A DNA stretch of 55,771 nt, filler included, from Sluysia triapertura (GCA_046118255.1; 4 parts of 4 records of this genome joined end to end with filler, not necessarily neighbours in it); one strand, 5' to 3'. Positions 39,177 through 52,904 are shown, numbered from the whole stretch's first letter. Translations and numbers: made by a program. Notes: generated by a model not told the origin, from the letters alone.

Positions 39177-39894
39177 CCGAAAAAAATTTCTCTTTGTAAT
39201 GCTTAGTGATATAGCATTAATACCAGTGATATATTTTTATCATATTTAAATTTATTTTGATATGTAAATATTGTTTTAAATTAATTGAATTAATTAATTG
39301 CATAATTACCTTTAATACATTTAATTCTTTTGCCAGATATTTTATCTACAATAGAAATTAAATTTTCCAAATCCGTACAACAAACAATCAAATTTTGTGA
39401 CATTGAAAATTTAGCTTTTGTAACAATTCCACCAAACTGAAAAGTCATCTAAATTAAAATTTAATTTGACAGACTAATTAAATTTACAAAATCTTTAGCA
39501 CGTTCGACATCCCAAAGAACTGCATTATAATCCCAACCACTAGTAACAAATCTAGATTATATGTTAATAGATAATTTATCTAATTATAATTATTCATACT
39601 CAGATTCTGATGCATTAATATCTACACAATTTATTTCAGATTCATGACCACCAGAATAAGTTTGAATTACTTTACCTGATATTATATCCCACATTTTACA
39701 TGTTCCATCAAAACTGGAAGATATAATTTTGGAATCATAAGAACAAAAACGTGAACAAGATATTTTTGATTTATGGCCATGAAAAGCCTTAACTTTAACC
39801 TTTCATATGAATATTTAATGTTTTAAAATAATTTTACAGAAGCCAAATCTTGATGTTCCCATTCAACTCGTTCGTCATTATCATTAGATGACAT
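32091..39894 (-). CDS. WDR88: WDR88-like WD40-repeat protein; exons 39838-39894, 39600-39799, 39488-39551, 39310-39448, 35798-35924, 33912-34096, 32702-32784, 32091-32159; last exon(s) not found
   Basis: All GT-AG junctions are phase-compatible. Peptides VEWEHQDLASVKVKAFHGH...SFDGTCKMWD, YRKDGPVRLTEGHDGSISCC, FLISAGFD and GHEVWIESVDISANNYWILSGSK are colinear with WDR88. Confidence 0.92.
35565..35721 (+). mobile_element. Solo LTR of the tRNA-containing TRIM family, in a WDR88 intron
   Basis: TGTTGGGGTA...AAGTCTAACA, homologous end to end with the LTRs at 12923-13262. Flanks ATAC/ACAC match 3 of 4 (TSD-like). Confidence 0.85.
35633..35704 (+). tRNA. tRNA-like sequence embedded in an LTR (probably not a functional tRNA)
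   Basis: A box TAGCTCAGTGG, D stem GCTC/GAGC, B box GGTTCGATCC, T stem 4/5 and acceptor stem 5/7 paired, TTTT immediately downstream. The anticodon stem does not pair, so the isotype cannot be assigned. Confidence 0.6.
36600..37150 (-). mobile_element. mariner remnant in a WDR88 intron
   Basis: QEWFQ...NYDLHDR.RFGRP and RII..GEKVLCDN resemble WFxKF..GDFDL.D.PRSGRP and RIVTGDEKWVLYDN. Confidence 0.6.
39123..39175. repeat. (AAT)n microsatellite
   Basis: Read directly from the sequence. Confidence 0.97.
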
Positions 39895-40546
39895 TGACGT
39901 TATATATTAAGCAAAAATAATGTTTAAATATTACTGTTAATTTATTACTCAATCGATGTAAATGAATTAGTTTTAAATAAATTATAAAGAACTACATATT
40001 GTTATGGATACTAATGACCTAAATTATATACTACCAAAATTAAACAACGTATTGATAATTCTGACTACTCATTCGAATTATAATTTGTAATATAGATCAA
40101 AATTTTTTACGTCGATAGTTACATATCTACCACTTTTAAATCATATTTAAATAATTTATTTTTAAGTTAAACATTTTCTAATTTATACTAGAAGTGCATA
40201 TTTCAAAATTATTTGCATAATTGCAATAAATTAGAATATCTAAGAATGAATAAATATTTTACATTTAAATTCATTTTGTTTATAAATATATTTTTTTAAC
40301 GCATTTCGTTTTAGACTAATTATAATTACGAATCGAAATATATGAATTTTCGATAGAAAAATAGCAGAACTTTCGAGACCTACTCGTAAAGATAAGTTAT
40401 CGAAACAGTACCACAAAAGAAGCGAAAGTTGCCTTTCTACCGAAAAATAAAACAAATTCCAAAAATCTGTGAATTATTTATAATTGAATTACTCTAGTAA
40501 AATTGAGATATTAATTTGATATCCACATATTTTTGTCTCAACAAAT

Positions 40547-41848
40547 TCAAAAAGTTATGAAACAAAAATAATATGATCTATTTATATTTGAACAATTACA
40601 AAATCTTGGAATTGAATTAGGACAAGTATGTAATTTATGAACCATGCAATGAGGATTAGGTATGCGTAACTTATGACAACAGTGATGTTGTGGTGCATGA
40701 ATATATTGTTGACAGCAATTATAAGGTAAACTTGTTGAATTAACTTGACTACTTAAAGAATTATGAGCGACTTGATTATATTGAGAACAATTAGGTGTCG
40801 AAACTGTTTGATCACGCGCAGTTGAAAACGGATAACTTGAACTATTATATATTGGTATAGTTATATTAGTACCATATGGATGTCTGGAATACGACTCTTT
40901 TTGAATTTTTGGTATATTTTTAATATACGTTTGTTCTGATAAATTATGTGTATCAGGTTCTGATGCTTGAACTGAATTATTTTTGAATTTTTTATGCGTT
41001 TTCAAAGGTTTATTATAAGATTCATCGTTAAAGAAACAGTTATAAAAATCATCTTGATATAAGTCGTTTAAAAAACTCATCATATCAATATTAGTATTTT
41101 CAATTATATCATATAAAGTAAGCTCATTTTCAGTAAAAGTTTTGTTATATTTCTTTTTTTTTAAAAATATGCTTTGGGTATCATTTTTAATACCATAATC
41201 TTTAGAATTAGTTTGAACCATAACAGATGATTTTGGAAACGTTTGTAAGCAGTGTAAAATTTCATCCTCCGACTTATTTAAATTGGGAGGTTCTTTTAAA
41301 TTTTTGTTGGCAGAAGCATTCGAAACTTCATAAATATGTTCATAACTTGATATAAACGGTGTATCTACACGTACAGAATTAGATTCAATTGTTTTAGTAA
41401 CGGTTTCTTCTGCTGTTTCACATAAGGTATCGTCAGAATTAATTGTATGTGTTGACATTTCTACTGTTTCTTCTGACGGTGATGTTTGTACGTGATTTTC
41501 ATTAGATTTAATATAATCAAGTACTTTATTAACTGTTACAATTTCATTCTTTCGTTTATCGTTATCATCTTTCTTTACTTTTGTGGCAATAGACACATCT
41601 GATTTATTGGATATATTACAGTAACTACTTTCAATTGTTTGATAAGTCATTTTTTCGTTGAATGTACTTTCTTCATTCAAATCATTTTGTGTAGTGTTAT
41701 TTGAATTATTATATAAAGATGATATTTTTGTAACCGACGATTCATCTCGATTCCTATTTTTGGCTTTATTAAAAGTTTTTGAATTATTATGTATATCGAA
41801 TTGACAATACATTCTTGATTTTCTTCTTAAAATATCCAACGACCTCAT
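40547..41848 (-). CDS. Orphan ~433-aa Asn/Ser/Thr-rich protein with a Cys/His-rich C-terminus
   Basis: 1.3-kb stop-free frame in very AT-rich DNA, first ATG at 41848; no domain recognised. Confidence 0.7.
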   Translation of the reverse strand: MRSLDILRRKSRMYCQFDIHNNSKTFNKAKNRNRDESSVTKISSLYNNSNNTTQNDLNEESTFNEKMTYQTIESSYCNISNKSDVSIATKVKKDDNDKRKNEIVTVNKVLDYIKSNENHVQTSPSEETVEMSTHTINSDDTLCETAEETVTKTIESNSVRVDTPFISSYEHIYEVSNASANKNLKEPPNLNKSEDEILHCLQTFPKSSVMVQTNSKDYGIKNDTQSIFLKKKKYNKTFTENELTLYDIIENTNIDMMSFLNDLYQDDFYNCFFNDESYNKPLKTHKKFKNNSVQASEPDTHNLSEQTYIKNIPKIQKESYSRHPYGTNITIPIYNSSSYPFSTARDQTVSTPNCSQYNQVAHNSLSSQVNSTSLPYNCCQQYIHAPQHHCCHKLRIPNPHCMVHKLHTCPNSIPRFCNCSNINRSYYFCFITF

Positions 41849-42660
41849 TCTAATATTGATCGTATAAAATGATAAAAATGAATAAATATTAATGTTTTTT
41901 ATCAAATTCAAGTACAGTATGAAGCAACAAACTATTTTCTGATTATCAACATTATTATATTTATTTTATAAATTAAATTTTATTAGTTGAATGAAACATT
42001 AAAGCTAGAGTATCTATATAATTTCTCTAAATTCAAATACTAATATTAAAAATTGTGATAATGAAAAATTACTAAAACGGGCTTAAAAGTTTTAAATTAA
42101 AACCCCAATATCAGAAATTCATAATTATAATTATATTATTTTATATAGTGCTAATATCTAATAAAAATTTAAGTACTCAAAACTACTTACAATAAAATAA
42201 TTCTTCATAATAGTTTTCTTAAATATTTCATAATTTTCCATTGATTTGATATTTTGCGACATCAGGTTGTATATTTTTGAAACAAACAGTACATAATCTA
42301 TTGGATGGGTTTCTTTAAAACCTTGTATATCATAAAATGTTTGTTGTGGTTTTATTGATTAGTAAAATACTTTTAGAAGGGTTCGCTTACAACTTACTAT
42401 ATATATTGTGGGGACTTGTAACTACAACAACAATCTTAACCTGTAATTTCATTACTTTTTAACTGTAATTTTGTAATAACGTTTTATAGCATTTGATTAA
42501 CACTTATTTATTACGATTTTGTTAATTCTAAAAATAAATTATTATTAGTCCAAGAATCCGTAATAATAAACACGTTGTACTTTGTAGTAATGTTTATATT
42601 GTTATTTTATTGATCTGCTTCTTGTTTTATCTCTTCTTCCATTGAACTTGATTCTATACT

Positions 42661-43410
42661 TTATTCTTCTTCTGTTGGAAGTGATTCGGTATTTGATTCT
42701 TCTTCTATTTCATCATCACTTTCTATTCCTTTATCTAAATCTGGTTTCTTCATCTTTCTTTCCCATTTGTCGATTAGTTCTTGAATCCTTTTTCTTTTAT
42801 CTTCATTTGATATTACTTCCTTTATCTCCTTCATTTGTTCAATGCCTTCTTCTGATGGTTGTTCTAGTAATTCCCGAATTCTAATCTGAATTGGTTGAAT
42901 AGTTAATCTATTTTCTTCTTTTTCTCGTTGTTCTCTTCTTTGTTTATCTTTCTGGAATTCTAAATATCTGTCATGCATGAAGCTCATAAAAATTTCATTT
43001 TCTTGTTTGATCTTAAATTTATTTTTGTCACAATCCAATCCAGTAATATGGAATGCCCGTAGCATTGCATTCTTTTCTTCGTCTGAAATTAACTTAAGGT
43101 ATTTATCATCTTCTTCATCACTACTCGTTTCTCTTCTTCTTGATTGTCTTGTACTTCTATTTGCTTCTTCTTGTTTTTGTTCTTCCTCTTCGCATTCGTT
43201 TTCGTCATAATCTTTTTGATTTTTATAATTACAGTTAACCTAACCTTTCCTATTGTTAATATTATTATTATCATTAAACCTTACCTTCCTATTCGGGTTT
43301 TGGTGTTGTCCCATTACCTTATTAAAATCCTGAGTGAATACATTTTGTCTTAACTTCCTACAATCTCTTGTAAAATGTCCTTTCTTATTAATTCTCCATT
43401 GAAGAGCTGT
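42661..43410 (-). mobile_element. gag-like remnant (zinc knuckle plus charged tail)
   Basis: KKGHFTRDCRK is a partial CCHC knuckle, followed by frameshifted Glu/Lys-rich ORFs. Confidence 0.55.
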
Positions 43411-43679
43411 GGGAGATATTTTATTGTTTAAATTATTATTAAAAATTTTATTTTTTTTCTTTTTTTTAAGAAAGTTTAAAAATTGACTATTAATAAATTT
43501 ATGCATTAACGAAAAGGGCTTAATGCCCGAATTAACAATTAGTAACAAATTTAACAAAAAGTACCTAACACAATATATTNNNNNNNNNNNNNNNNNNNNN
43601 NNNNNNNNNNNNNNNNNNNNNNNTTAATTAATTAANNNNNNNNNNNNNNNNNNNNNNNNNNNNNNNNNNNNNNNNNNNN

Positions 43680-43980
43680 TAGAAGCTTCTAATCTATTTT
43701 TAGAAGCTTATTTTCGAATTTAGAAATTTTATTTTCTTTTTTGGAAAAATAATTTTATTTTTAAGAAAATAATTGTTTTTTGAGTAATTTTACAAATTAA
43801 TAATTAATTTTAAAATATTTTGTATGTTTTTAATTAATTTTTTGTTAATTCTAATTATTTTAAATTAATTTTAAACTATTATTTAATCATTTTTAGATCT
43901 TTTTAGAGGGTTATGATTGCAACCTAACAGTATTATTATCGTAACTGTATGGGTTAAATTTGAGGAATCTTAGCAATGCT
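43680..43980. repeat. Dispersed repeat, second copy at ~47143-47370; probable DNA-transposon end
   Basis: TAGAAGCTTCT(A/G)ATCTATTTTTAGAAGCTTATTTTC is shared, with weaker similarity downstream (GGTT.TGAT.GCA.ACCTAACA). Confidence 0.7.
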
Positions 43981-44889
43981 TCTTTAAGCCTATCCTTTTA
44001 ACATATTTACATTTTCCTGTTTGTTATTTTGAAGCTAAAATTATTCACAATTCAGTGTAATTAAAATTTTTAACACAATAAAATATTCATAATTACAATT
44101 ATAATCACAAAAGAAGCAATTATCAAAATTTAAGGATATTCGAAAGCTTTATTTCCTTTAATTTTGTCTATGAATGAAACTTAATAGTCGTCATTAAATC
44201 GGGTAAAATAATTAACAAATGATTTATCTGGATTTTAAAATTTATCTCTACAGAAGAATAATTTTAATCTTACTAATTTGATTTTAGATTAGATCGATTC
44301 CAAAAAATTAGTTATCTTAATATTTTTATTCATTTGATAATAATGGCTCAAAAAATCAAGATGGTACAAAAAATATGGCTGCCAATCTTATTCCAAAAAT
44401 GTCACAATATTTAAATACAAAGAAGAGTTGTAAAAATAAAATTATGCGCCAATTTTATCGGAGGAAATTAGTATTTTGGAGAGGGAATATTTTGTTATAA
44501 TAATTATTACAATTTTATTATTTTGAAAATTATAATTTTAAATTTATTTACCAACAATCGTAAGGAATAAATTAATAATTATTGTGTTTTGAAATTAATA
44601 TTTTTACTATTGTTAATATTATCATATTATTAAAATCACTCTTTATTATAAAGTTTTTGAAGGATTGAAATACCAACCTAATAGTTTTATTTCTAGATCA
44701 GCTTAATTATTTTAATTTAATTCATTTTGTGCTCTACATTTTTAATTAGATCTGTTGAAGGTGTACTCAGTCAAATTACGTGAGTTATATATGAAAATGT
44801 TGGCCATATTTAGGAAATATAACTATAAGAACTGTGATTTGAAAGGATACTTGTTCATTTATAATATTTATTACACTTAAAGTGTCAGG

Positions 44890-46400
44890 GTTACATTAGT
44901 CTGATATAATGTTGTGATTGCCCAGCTGTGAATTAGAGATGAATAAAGAAGATGAGGAATTGAGAGATGTAGGTAGAATTAATACAAAATGATGGTTAAA
45001 GTTGGAGTGATGATTCAGTAGAACATCTTGGAGTTCTAAAGATTTTTGTGGGGTGTTGAAACATCTGAAGAGGCTTGAGATTGGTTTGGGAAATATGTTG
45101 AAGAGTTGACATACCCTTGAATCTCTGAACTCTGAGATCATTTAAGATGTTATTAACTTACACAAATCTTTGAAACCTTGATAAAGATTTGAGACCTTTG
45201 ATTAATCTTGTAAAATATTTGAAATCCTTTAAAACTTTGAGAAATAGCATCATTTTTATTGATATTAAAGGTAAAATTAATACATTAAAAAGTAACATAA
45301 ATAAGTAGAAAAATGAATCAGAGTGGTGAAGGTGAAATACTCTGAATGACTTATAAAGTATTACATAAATTTGGAACCTTAATAAAACCTCTAAACATAA
45401 AGTAAAATCAGTCTAAAAGTAGATTAATTAATTAGAATATTAACAAACTTAATTAAGAAAATTATGATTTAATGAATACGGAATGCTATGTCAAAGTTGT
45501 AACTGTACTTGTTTTAAAAAGACCTTTCGGTGAAGGTATGGTTTGACCGGGTTCATGCAGGGAAAGTCTTAATATTAAGCAAAGTCAAATTTTAATTATT
45601 TCTTAATTATGTAATGTTGAATTTTCTTATTTAGAATGATGAGAAGATAATAAATTGAATATGAGATGATTTCTGTGAAAGAGGAGAATCTATAAATGAG
45701 TTTGAAATGTTTGAGAATAAAAACTTTAAACATTTTCCGTTAGAAAATTGTGGTGTAGAGAACTAAAAATAAATTGGGTTCATTTTTTATGTATATTAAC
45801 TATGTTAATGTGAGAAGTAGTTTAAGTAAAAGTAGATGGAGTAGAGTTAAAAAATAATGGTTGATCATTGATCAATTTTCTACGATCTGTACATAATAAA
45901 GTCTGACAGGCCGTACTATGTAATTGTCAGAGTTGTTATTTTAGGTTTAATCCTCAAAGGTGGTTTAATGATTTGTATGAAAGCGTGTTTGATTATGAAA
46001 TTCAAGAGTGATTGGATGGTGAAAAAGTATAAAAGGAAATTCTTAAAAATTTTAGAACACAACAATAATGTTTCCATGTTGCTGGTAAGCTTATTTAATT
46101 TAATTTAATTCTTTAAAACTATTTTGTTTTTGAACATCCTCATTTATTTATTTATAAAATATGAAGCTATTTTGGGGGAAACCCGCTTTTTGATTCGTAA
46201 AAATAGTTTTATGTTTCTTGTGTCACCCTTGGTTTATCGAAAAATTTATTTACATCACCTTAAAATGAGTGGATCATTATTAAATATTGATTTATATTTA
46301 AAACAGTTTACAGTTATTTCAGCTGTTCCAAATTTTATTGGACCTTTATTAGTGATAATCGGTAACTGTGAAAATGCTAGTTATAAATGTTTATTGTAGT
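44890..46400 (-). mobile_element. Decayed CR1-type LINE ORF2
   Basis: LPATWK (~46075), RPVRL (NYRPVSL-like, ~45905), FTRLIKGLKSLS (~45200) and CQLFNIFPK (~45100), in the expected order. Confidence 0.7.
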
Positions 46401-49162
46401 ATTTGCAATATACAATATATAGTTGAGTTTGAATTTTTGTTTTGATTTATTATTTTTTGTTTTGAGTTGTTATATAACAGATTAACTTAAATTTTTTCTT
46501 AATACTAAACCTAAGGCAAAATAAAATAAAATGATTAGCACTTCTATAGCTTATAAGTGAAAATTCTTATTTAAATTGCTTCGCTTGTTTAGAGGGTCTT
46601 AAAAGTATCACAATAATCAAATAAAAAATCAGTTAACTCCATGAAATTTATTAATTATACAAAGGTTAATATTACAAATAAAGTGGAATAAAATGGAAAA
46701 TAAAATGTAATGAAAAATGTATATTATAAACTAAATCCTCTTGGGATATTCGATCAAATAATAGATGAAATTTAAGTACAAAATTTCCCCTCACTATATC
46801 GGGGTCCTTACAAAAATTTAATAATAAAATTGATTTTGAGTGTATTTTATGATTTTGATTTTTTAAAAAACCAAAATCTCCTTAATAATAAAATATTTTA
46901 CCCTTGCATGGAATTGAAGATAAAATCCTTGACGAATAGATTTGATTTTGATTCCAAATAAACGCAGATTTTCCAAAAACAGAGTTAACCAAATTATTGA
47001 ATATAGCTAAATAAACTGAATAACTAATTTTTTAATATGGCGACGATTAAAATGGCTATTTTCATTAAACTGATGCTAGTTTATATATTAGTCATCATCA
47101 AATGAAAATCGATGGAATGTTCTAAAATATTCTAGAACATTCTAGAAGCTTCTGATCTATTTTTAGAAGCTTATTTTCTATTTTAGAAAATTTATTTTCT
47201 TTTTTTGAAAAAATAATTTCTTGGTTGGAAAATTAATATTTGTTAGGTGTTTTTTGATACATAAATAATTTTAAAACATTTTATGAGATCTTAAAAGGTT
47301 GTGATGGCAGACCTAACAATACATTGACACATGATCTTTATCTTGGAACAGAATCTTGGTAAGCAGTATGTCGTCTTGATTTTGAATTGTAGGTTCATCA
47401 GAGTATATAGACCTAAATCAACAGGTGACCGAATCCAAACCACAACACTTCTCTTATAAACATTCATTTTTAAAATTATTTTTTCTTTCAATGGTCTATT
47501 TAAACTTTAATTGTTTAATTTTAAAAATTTGTGAATAATTATTCTTAGTACCAAGGTCAATGCTTTGATCAATTTTTTGCGTTAAAAGAAAATATAAGGA
47601 AACATAAAAATATTACAATGGAAAGTTATAAAAATATAAAATAATATAATTATAAAATTATAAAAATATAAAAGTGTAAAATTACAACATATGAAAAAGG
47701 TGAGTGCTATAATGATGATGGGATGATCGCAGGCATTATCTTTACTGTACAAATTGGAGATAATTATAATTTTATAATTTGTGATCTTGTTATAATTGAA
47801 ATATAATGTTGAAAGTGCGGTGAATAATGTAATGTTATGGGTTAGACATGTGGTAATGTATTTTTCGTGATGAGGTTTTCGTGTAGTTGATTGTTGTTAT
47901 TTATGTGATGTGTACATAGTTTGTTAAATATAAAATGTTGTAATATTCCTGAACATTTCGTAGGCCGGATTTAAAAAACATCGACACAAAGATCAAAATA
48001 AACTAAAATGAAATGAGGATAGAAATTAAAATATTGTACTTGAGATAAATAATAAATTATTTCTTTGTCTATGGAGCCGAGACATGATTCATGTAACGTT
48101 GTATTGGATTGCGCCCAAATAATCTTTAAACAGTTATTTGTATCGATTGTATCACCTTTGCATTTGCAGATTACATTTATAAGGATTTTGAGCATGTATT
48201 AGATGAATTTCTTGTATTCACCTTGTATTCATAACGTGTTCTTATATAAGTATTATGATTTATAGGTTGAAAACTGGTGATAAAATTGTATTATCGGTTA
48301 CAGCAATTGTATTCTCATTAATCTTATTATAGTCGTAGTGCCGTTTTGAACATCGATATATTTCAGCATTAAATCAACTAGAATCCCAACACACGTCGAT
48401 CTTGTAGAAATACTACATCTAGTAAATCAATTGCTTCACATTTTATTCTAAACTTCATAGCTACTTTCATTAAACAATGTTTAGATTCTCTGTAATGAGT
48501 AATAAGAAAAAAATAACATCACTAAAATAATTAGTTATAAAATTTAATATAGCTAATCTTGACATAGTAAAGTATTTTTATTACTAATATGGTTACTTCA
48601 ATTATTTCCTTTCGTGATTACAATTTGTAATTAAAGAACTTGGTGTTATTCTTAATCGCAATATATCTTCATGATAATTAAAATGACCACTGAATAAGAC
48701 GTGCCGATGCCTTTAAGTTTACGTCAAACTTTATACGAATAATTATAATATTTGTCATAATAAGGTTTTAAATTGAGCATGATTGGTTCTTTTTTTGCTT
48801 TTAGTTCGTAATTATTCTGAGATTATTTTTTGTGTTGTTAAATAAACTAAAATCAATTTTTAATTTTTTTAAACAGCCAATAAAAAGCAAATGTTTTGTT
48901 GCTGCATTAATTATAAAATATTAAATTTTAATGGTGAAAAGGCTGTCAATTAATGACAGTGAATAAACTAACAGATAATTAAAAATGTCAATTTAATGTT
49001 GCAATTGACATACAATNNNNNNNNNNNNNNNNNNNNNNNNNNNNNNNNNNNNNNNNNNNNNNNNNNNNNNNNNNNNNNNNNNNNNNNNNNNNNNNNNNNN
49101 NNNNNNNNNNNNNNNNNNNNNNNNNNNNNNNNNNNNNNNNNNNNNNNNNNNNNNNNNTGATG

Positions 49163-49204
<42 letters not shown>

Positions 49205-49347
49205 TATTCTAATTTTCGTTTCTATAAAATCATCAAATTCTTTTCTAATTTAACTTGCATTATCTCATTTGGTTATCTTTTTCATTAAATTCATTTAACT
49301 TTTTCAAAATTTCTTCATTTAAGCAGAGATCAATATAAGTTTCTTTC

Positions 49348-49548
49348 TTAACAAATTTTTCTAGATTTCTGTACTTTTCTCTCTGGATACCCATAAATTT
49401 TGTAAGCCGTTTCTGTTCTGCTTTGTTCTTCTACATGGTCGATAGGATTCTCATGTTCTTGTAACTGATCGGTAGTATCTCTTTCTAACTTTTCTTCTGA
49501 TGTTTGTCCTTCCTCTACTTTTACTAAAAGGCATTTGAATTCACTCAT
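49348..49548 (-). mobile_element. LINE ORF1-like fragment
   Basis: Coiled-coil followed by EEQSRTETAYKIYGYPE, resembling the EQxSRxxxxxIxGxPE motif of CR1/L1-type ORF1. Confidence 0.5.
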
Positions 49549-50313
49549 TAGTTTACTTTCCGATTTACTATTAAAATGATTTTTGATGTCGTCAGTGCTT
49601 TAGATGTTGTAAAAATGTGATTTTTAGTGTTGTATTAAAATTTTGTGTAAGGATGTTGCCCACCATTCATACATACATAAATAATAATACAAAAATATAA
49701 TATTAAAATTAATTTTAAAAGAATAACTATGTATCTTAAAAAGAACATCTTAAAATGTTCTGAAATCAAAAAATAAGCACAGACTGAAAATCGCTAATAG
49801 AATTTGTTCGAAATAAAATATATTTCCATCTTATTTTAAATTAATTATAAGGGTAACAAAGTATATCTTAATGGATCTTTGATTATGTCTTAATAATATC
49901 TTGGCAAGAGGAAATCATGTTCAACTTTTTTGAAGAATGCTAAATTTAAATGTGAAACATTTTGAAGAAAAATAAAAAAAAATTACAAATGTAATTAAAA
50001 AGTATAAAATTCTATATCTTTATCTATGATGTGGTTTCCTAATGAAAGCATACAATCACAATTGTTTTGAGAGTTTGCTTGTGATCCGAGTCTTACGCAC
50101 TTTAAATATATAATAGTCAAATGATGTCAAATACTAGTTTAATTTTGAATATTTTTGAATCCTTTGTAAGCTAGGACGAAAACAAGATTTTATATCAGAG
50201 GTTCCCAAACGTTTTTCTCTTGTAGACTCCTTATCATGTTTTTCAATTTTAGATAGACCCCTGCTATTCACTTTGAAATATTTAAATTTCTAACAATAGT
50301 GAAGTACCTATAA

Positions 50314-50616
50314 CAGTGATTCCCAAAGTGGTCTATATCGACCCCCCCCCAAGGGTCGTACTTTGGAGCGTATAAAATGCTCCGAGGTCAAGTGAAAGCA
50401 GTTTTAGACCGACAATATTAATTATATTAATATTATATTTTTGTAATTTTTTTAATGTCAAAATTATATCAATTATACTTTTTTTGCAATTTTTGAAATT
50501 TATTGCCATGGATCCCATTTTCATTTCATAGACCCCCAATTTTTTCGTCCGCGTAGACCACTTGTAGGTTTCCATCGAACCACTGGGGTCGATATAGACC
50601 ACTTTGGAAATCACTA
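50314..50616. mobile_element. hAT (Charlie/Buster-type) MITE, 303 bp
   Basis: 32-bp TIR CAGTGATTCCCAAAGTGGTCTATATCGACCCC, 30/32 identical. Flanks ACCTATAA/TTTTATAA have a central TA. A second hAT-like end CAGAGGTTCCCAAAC sits at 50196. Confidence 0.9.
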
Positions 50617-51688
50617 TTTTATAATCATATTTAAATTGACGTTAAAAGATTTGCAAATGCGATTCATTTTACAAGGTTGAAACTGTATAACAAATATTGA
50701 TTAAATAAATTGAAAATTCAAAATAATATTATCGTTCACAATGAGAGAATTAATGTTGCTTTACTTATTTTTATACCGACTACAAAATTAAGTACCAAAT
50801 TATTAACATTGTCGAAAATAGTATATTGTCATTGTAACTGTAATTCTCATTGTAGCGCTCTTTATATCTTTATAAAACCATTGAGTACTCCTTATATTGG
50901 CTAATGAGAACCTATGTACTCATTCTTTATTAAAAATAAGTCGCTTGTACTCTCTGTCATTTTATGAATTCATAAAGAATTCTAAACTATAAAGCCTTTT
51001 AAAATTATTATATTTTTTATTATTTTTATAATATTTAATATTATTTATTATTAATAATTTATTATTATTATTGTTAAGATGTTAGACTTATTTTTTGTAT
51101 CCTGACATTTACATTAGAGACTAGAAGATACTAATGCTACAGTTTTGAAGCAGGGATTTACTGGCTTTATTTTGATTTTGTAAAACATACAAAAATATGT
51201 TTTTATATTTTGAATTTAAACTGTAACTTTTACTTTATCAAAATATATTAAAATGATCCACCTGCAGTACCTTACGACCTTATGGTAAGGAACCTTACAG
51301 AATGTGTATTAATTTATACTCAATTTAACCAAATACACGTGTGATAATCGAATCTAGTATATAAAAATTTATATAAAATTCAGTATATGTAAAGATAACA
51401 AAATAACAAAACAAATATAACAAACCAGATTAAATAACATATTAAATTACTTAAAAATTACTTATTAATATTAGCAAGCCTAGGAAAAAAGTATTATTAA
51501 CATTATTAAATTATTATTAATGTTATTTAGTATATTGTTATATTGTTATTTGAATAATTAGTATATTTATTATCATCATTATTATTACTGGATCATTAAT
51601 TTGCTACTTATTAATAATCTATAAAAATAGTGTATATATTGTATGATGCACATCCACAAATACTATTTGTATTATACAGAAGTCTATA

Positions 51689-51760
51689 TCAGCATTTCTT
51701 AACCTTTTTACTCCGCGACCCAATAAAATTTTTTCAGATTGTTCTGAGACCCAACTTTTT
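51689..51760 (+). mobile_element. Single hAT MITE-like terminus
   Basis: CAGCATTTCTTAACCTTTTT followed by GCGACCC/GAGACCC subterminal motifs; partner end not found. Confidence 0.45.
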
Positions 51761-52904
51761 ATTACATAAAGGAATGCTAAGAAATAAAAAAGACACTATT
51801 GGCGATAATTAGCGACCATGGTCTATATTACTTCACCGGTTTCAATATCTTTTTTCATTTAAATAATCATCTGAGAAAGAAAAGTTTTTCTAAGATAAGA
51901 TGAAACTATTAAATTACGTGAAGTTCGAAACATTTTCAAATGAGTCATAAATTGAATATAAATTAGACTTGATAAATGGTTTCAGATATGTGTTTCATTT
52001 ATAAGAACTTGTGATAATATTATGATGTAAATAAAGAATAAGTTAACCCATTCCCTGACAGTGTTATGAATTGTCAGACGAGCATACTCATGATACTTTT
52101 AATATATTATATAGTACAATTTGAGGAGCTTTCAAACCTTTTATGGCCACAAATATAAGTATACATGTATAAAAACTTGAAAAAAGCTACAAATAAATTT
52201 TACTTTATTTATTAATTTGTTATGTTTATTTCTTCTCAACTCATAATTTATTGATAGGTACTTCTGACTCTACAAAACTACACTGACGAGAGATGTTGCA
52301 GATAAACTCAGTTAGAATCAAATTGTTCAATATTACGTGATCCAATTATCTTTGAGACGAAATAGAATCTAAGTAATCGTCAGTAGAGAATGACCAACCT
52401 TTGAAAATTTACAGAAAATTGTGTGCCGAATTTTAGTATTTTTATACTTTCATCCACTTTGTGATTCATGATTTGTTTTTGTTGCTTAAACCTGTGCAAA
52501 TAAGAAAAACATATCGAATCCCATTTCAAACCACGAGTGTTGTGTAATAAGACGTGAATTAACACTTATACTTTTTAATTTTAAATTAGAATAATGTTTA
52601 TAAACTAATCTTGCAGTATTATTTATTTTTGATGTTATAAAACTTTGAAAGATTGATGCTTAACATTAAACTTAATTCTGTATTATAATGTATCGAGAAG
52701 TAAAAAAACTTGGCGTATATTTTATTTGAATTAACAAAAAATTTAATATTTGAATTAAAATTTTGTTCTTCATTAATGATTTCTCGAGCATGTTTCGATT
52801 TCGATCTTTCAAATATCCTAAAGAAAATAAAAGAAAGTAATTGAGCAACAATAATAATAATGATATTAATATGATCAAAAATTATAATTACTTTCAAGTA
52901 ATGT

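Noticed and set aside
42642-43353. Hydrophobic plus-strand ORFs
   Set aside because: Antisense of the Glu/Lys-rich gag-like frames.
51080-51090. TGTTAGACTT matching the TRIM LTR end
   Set aside because: Only 10 bp; no further similarity.
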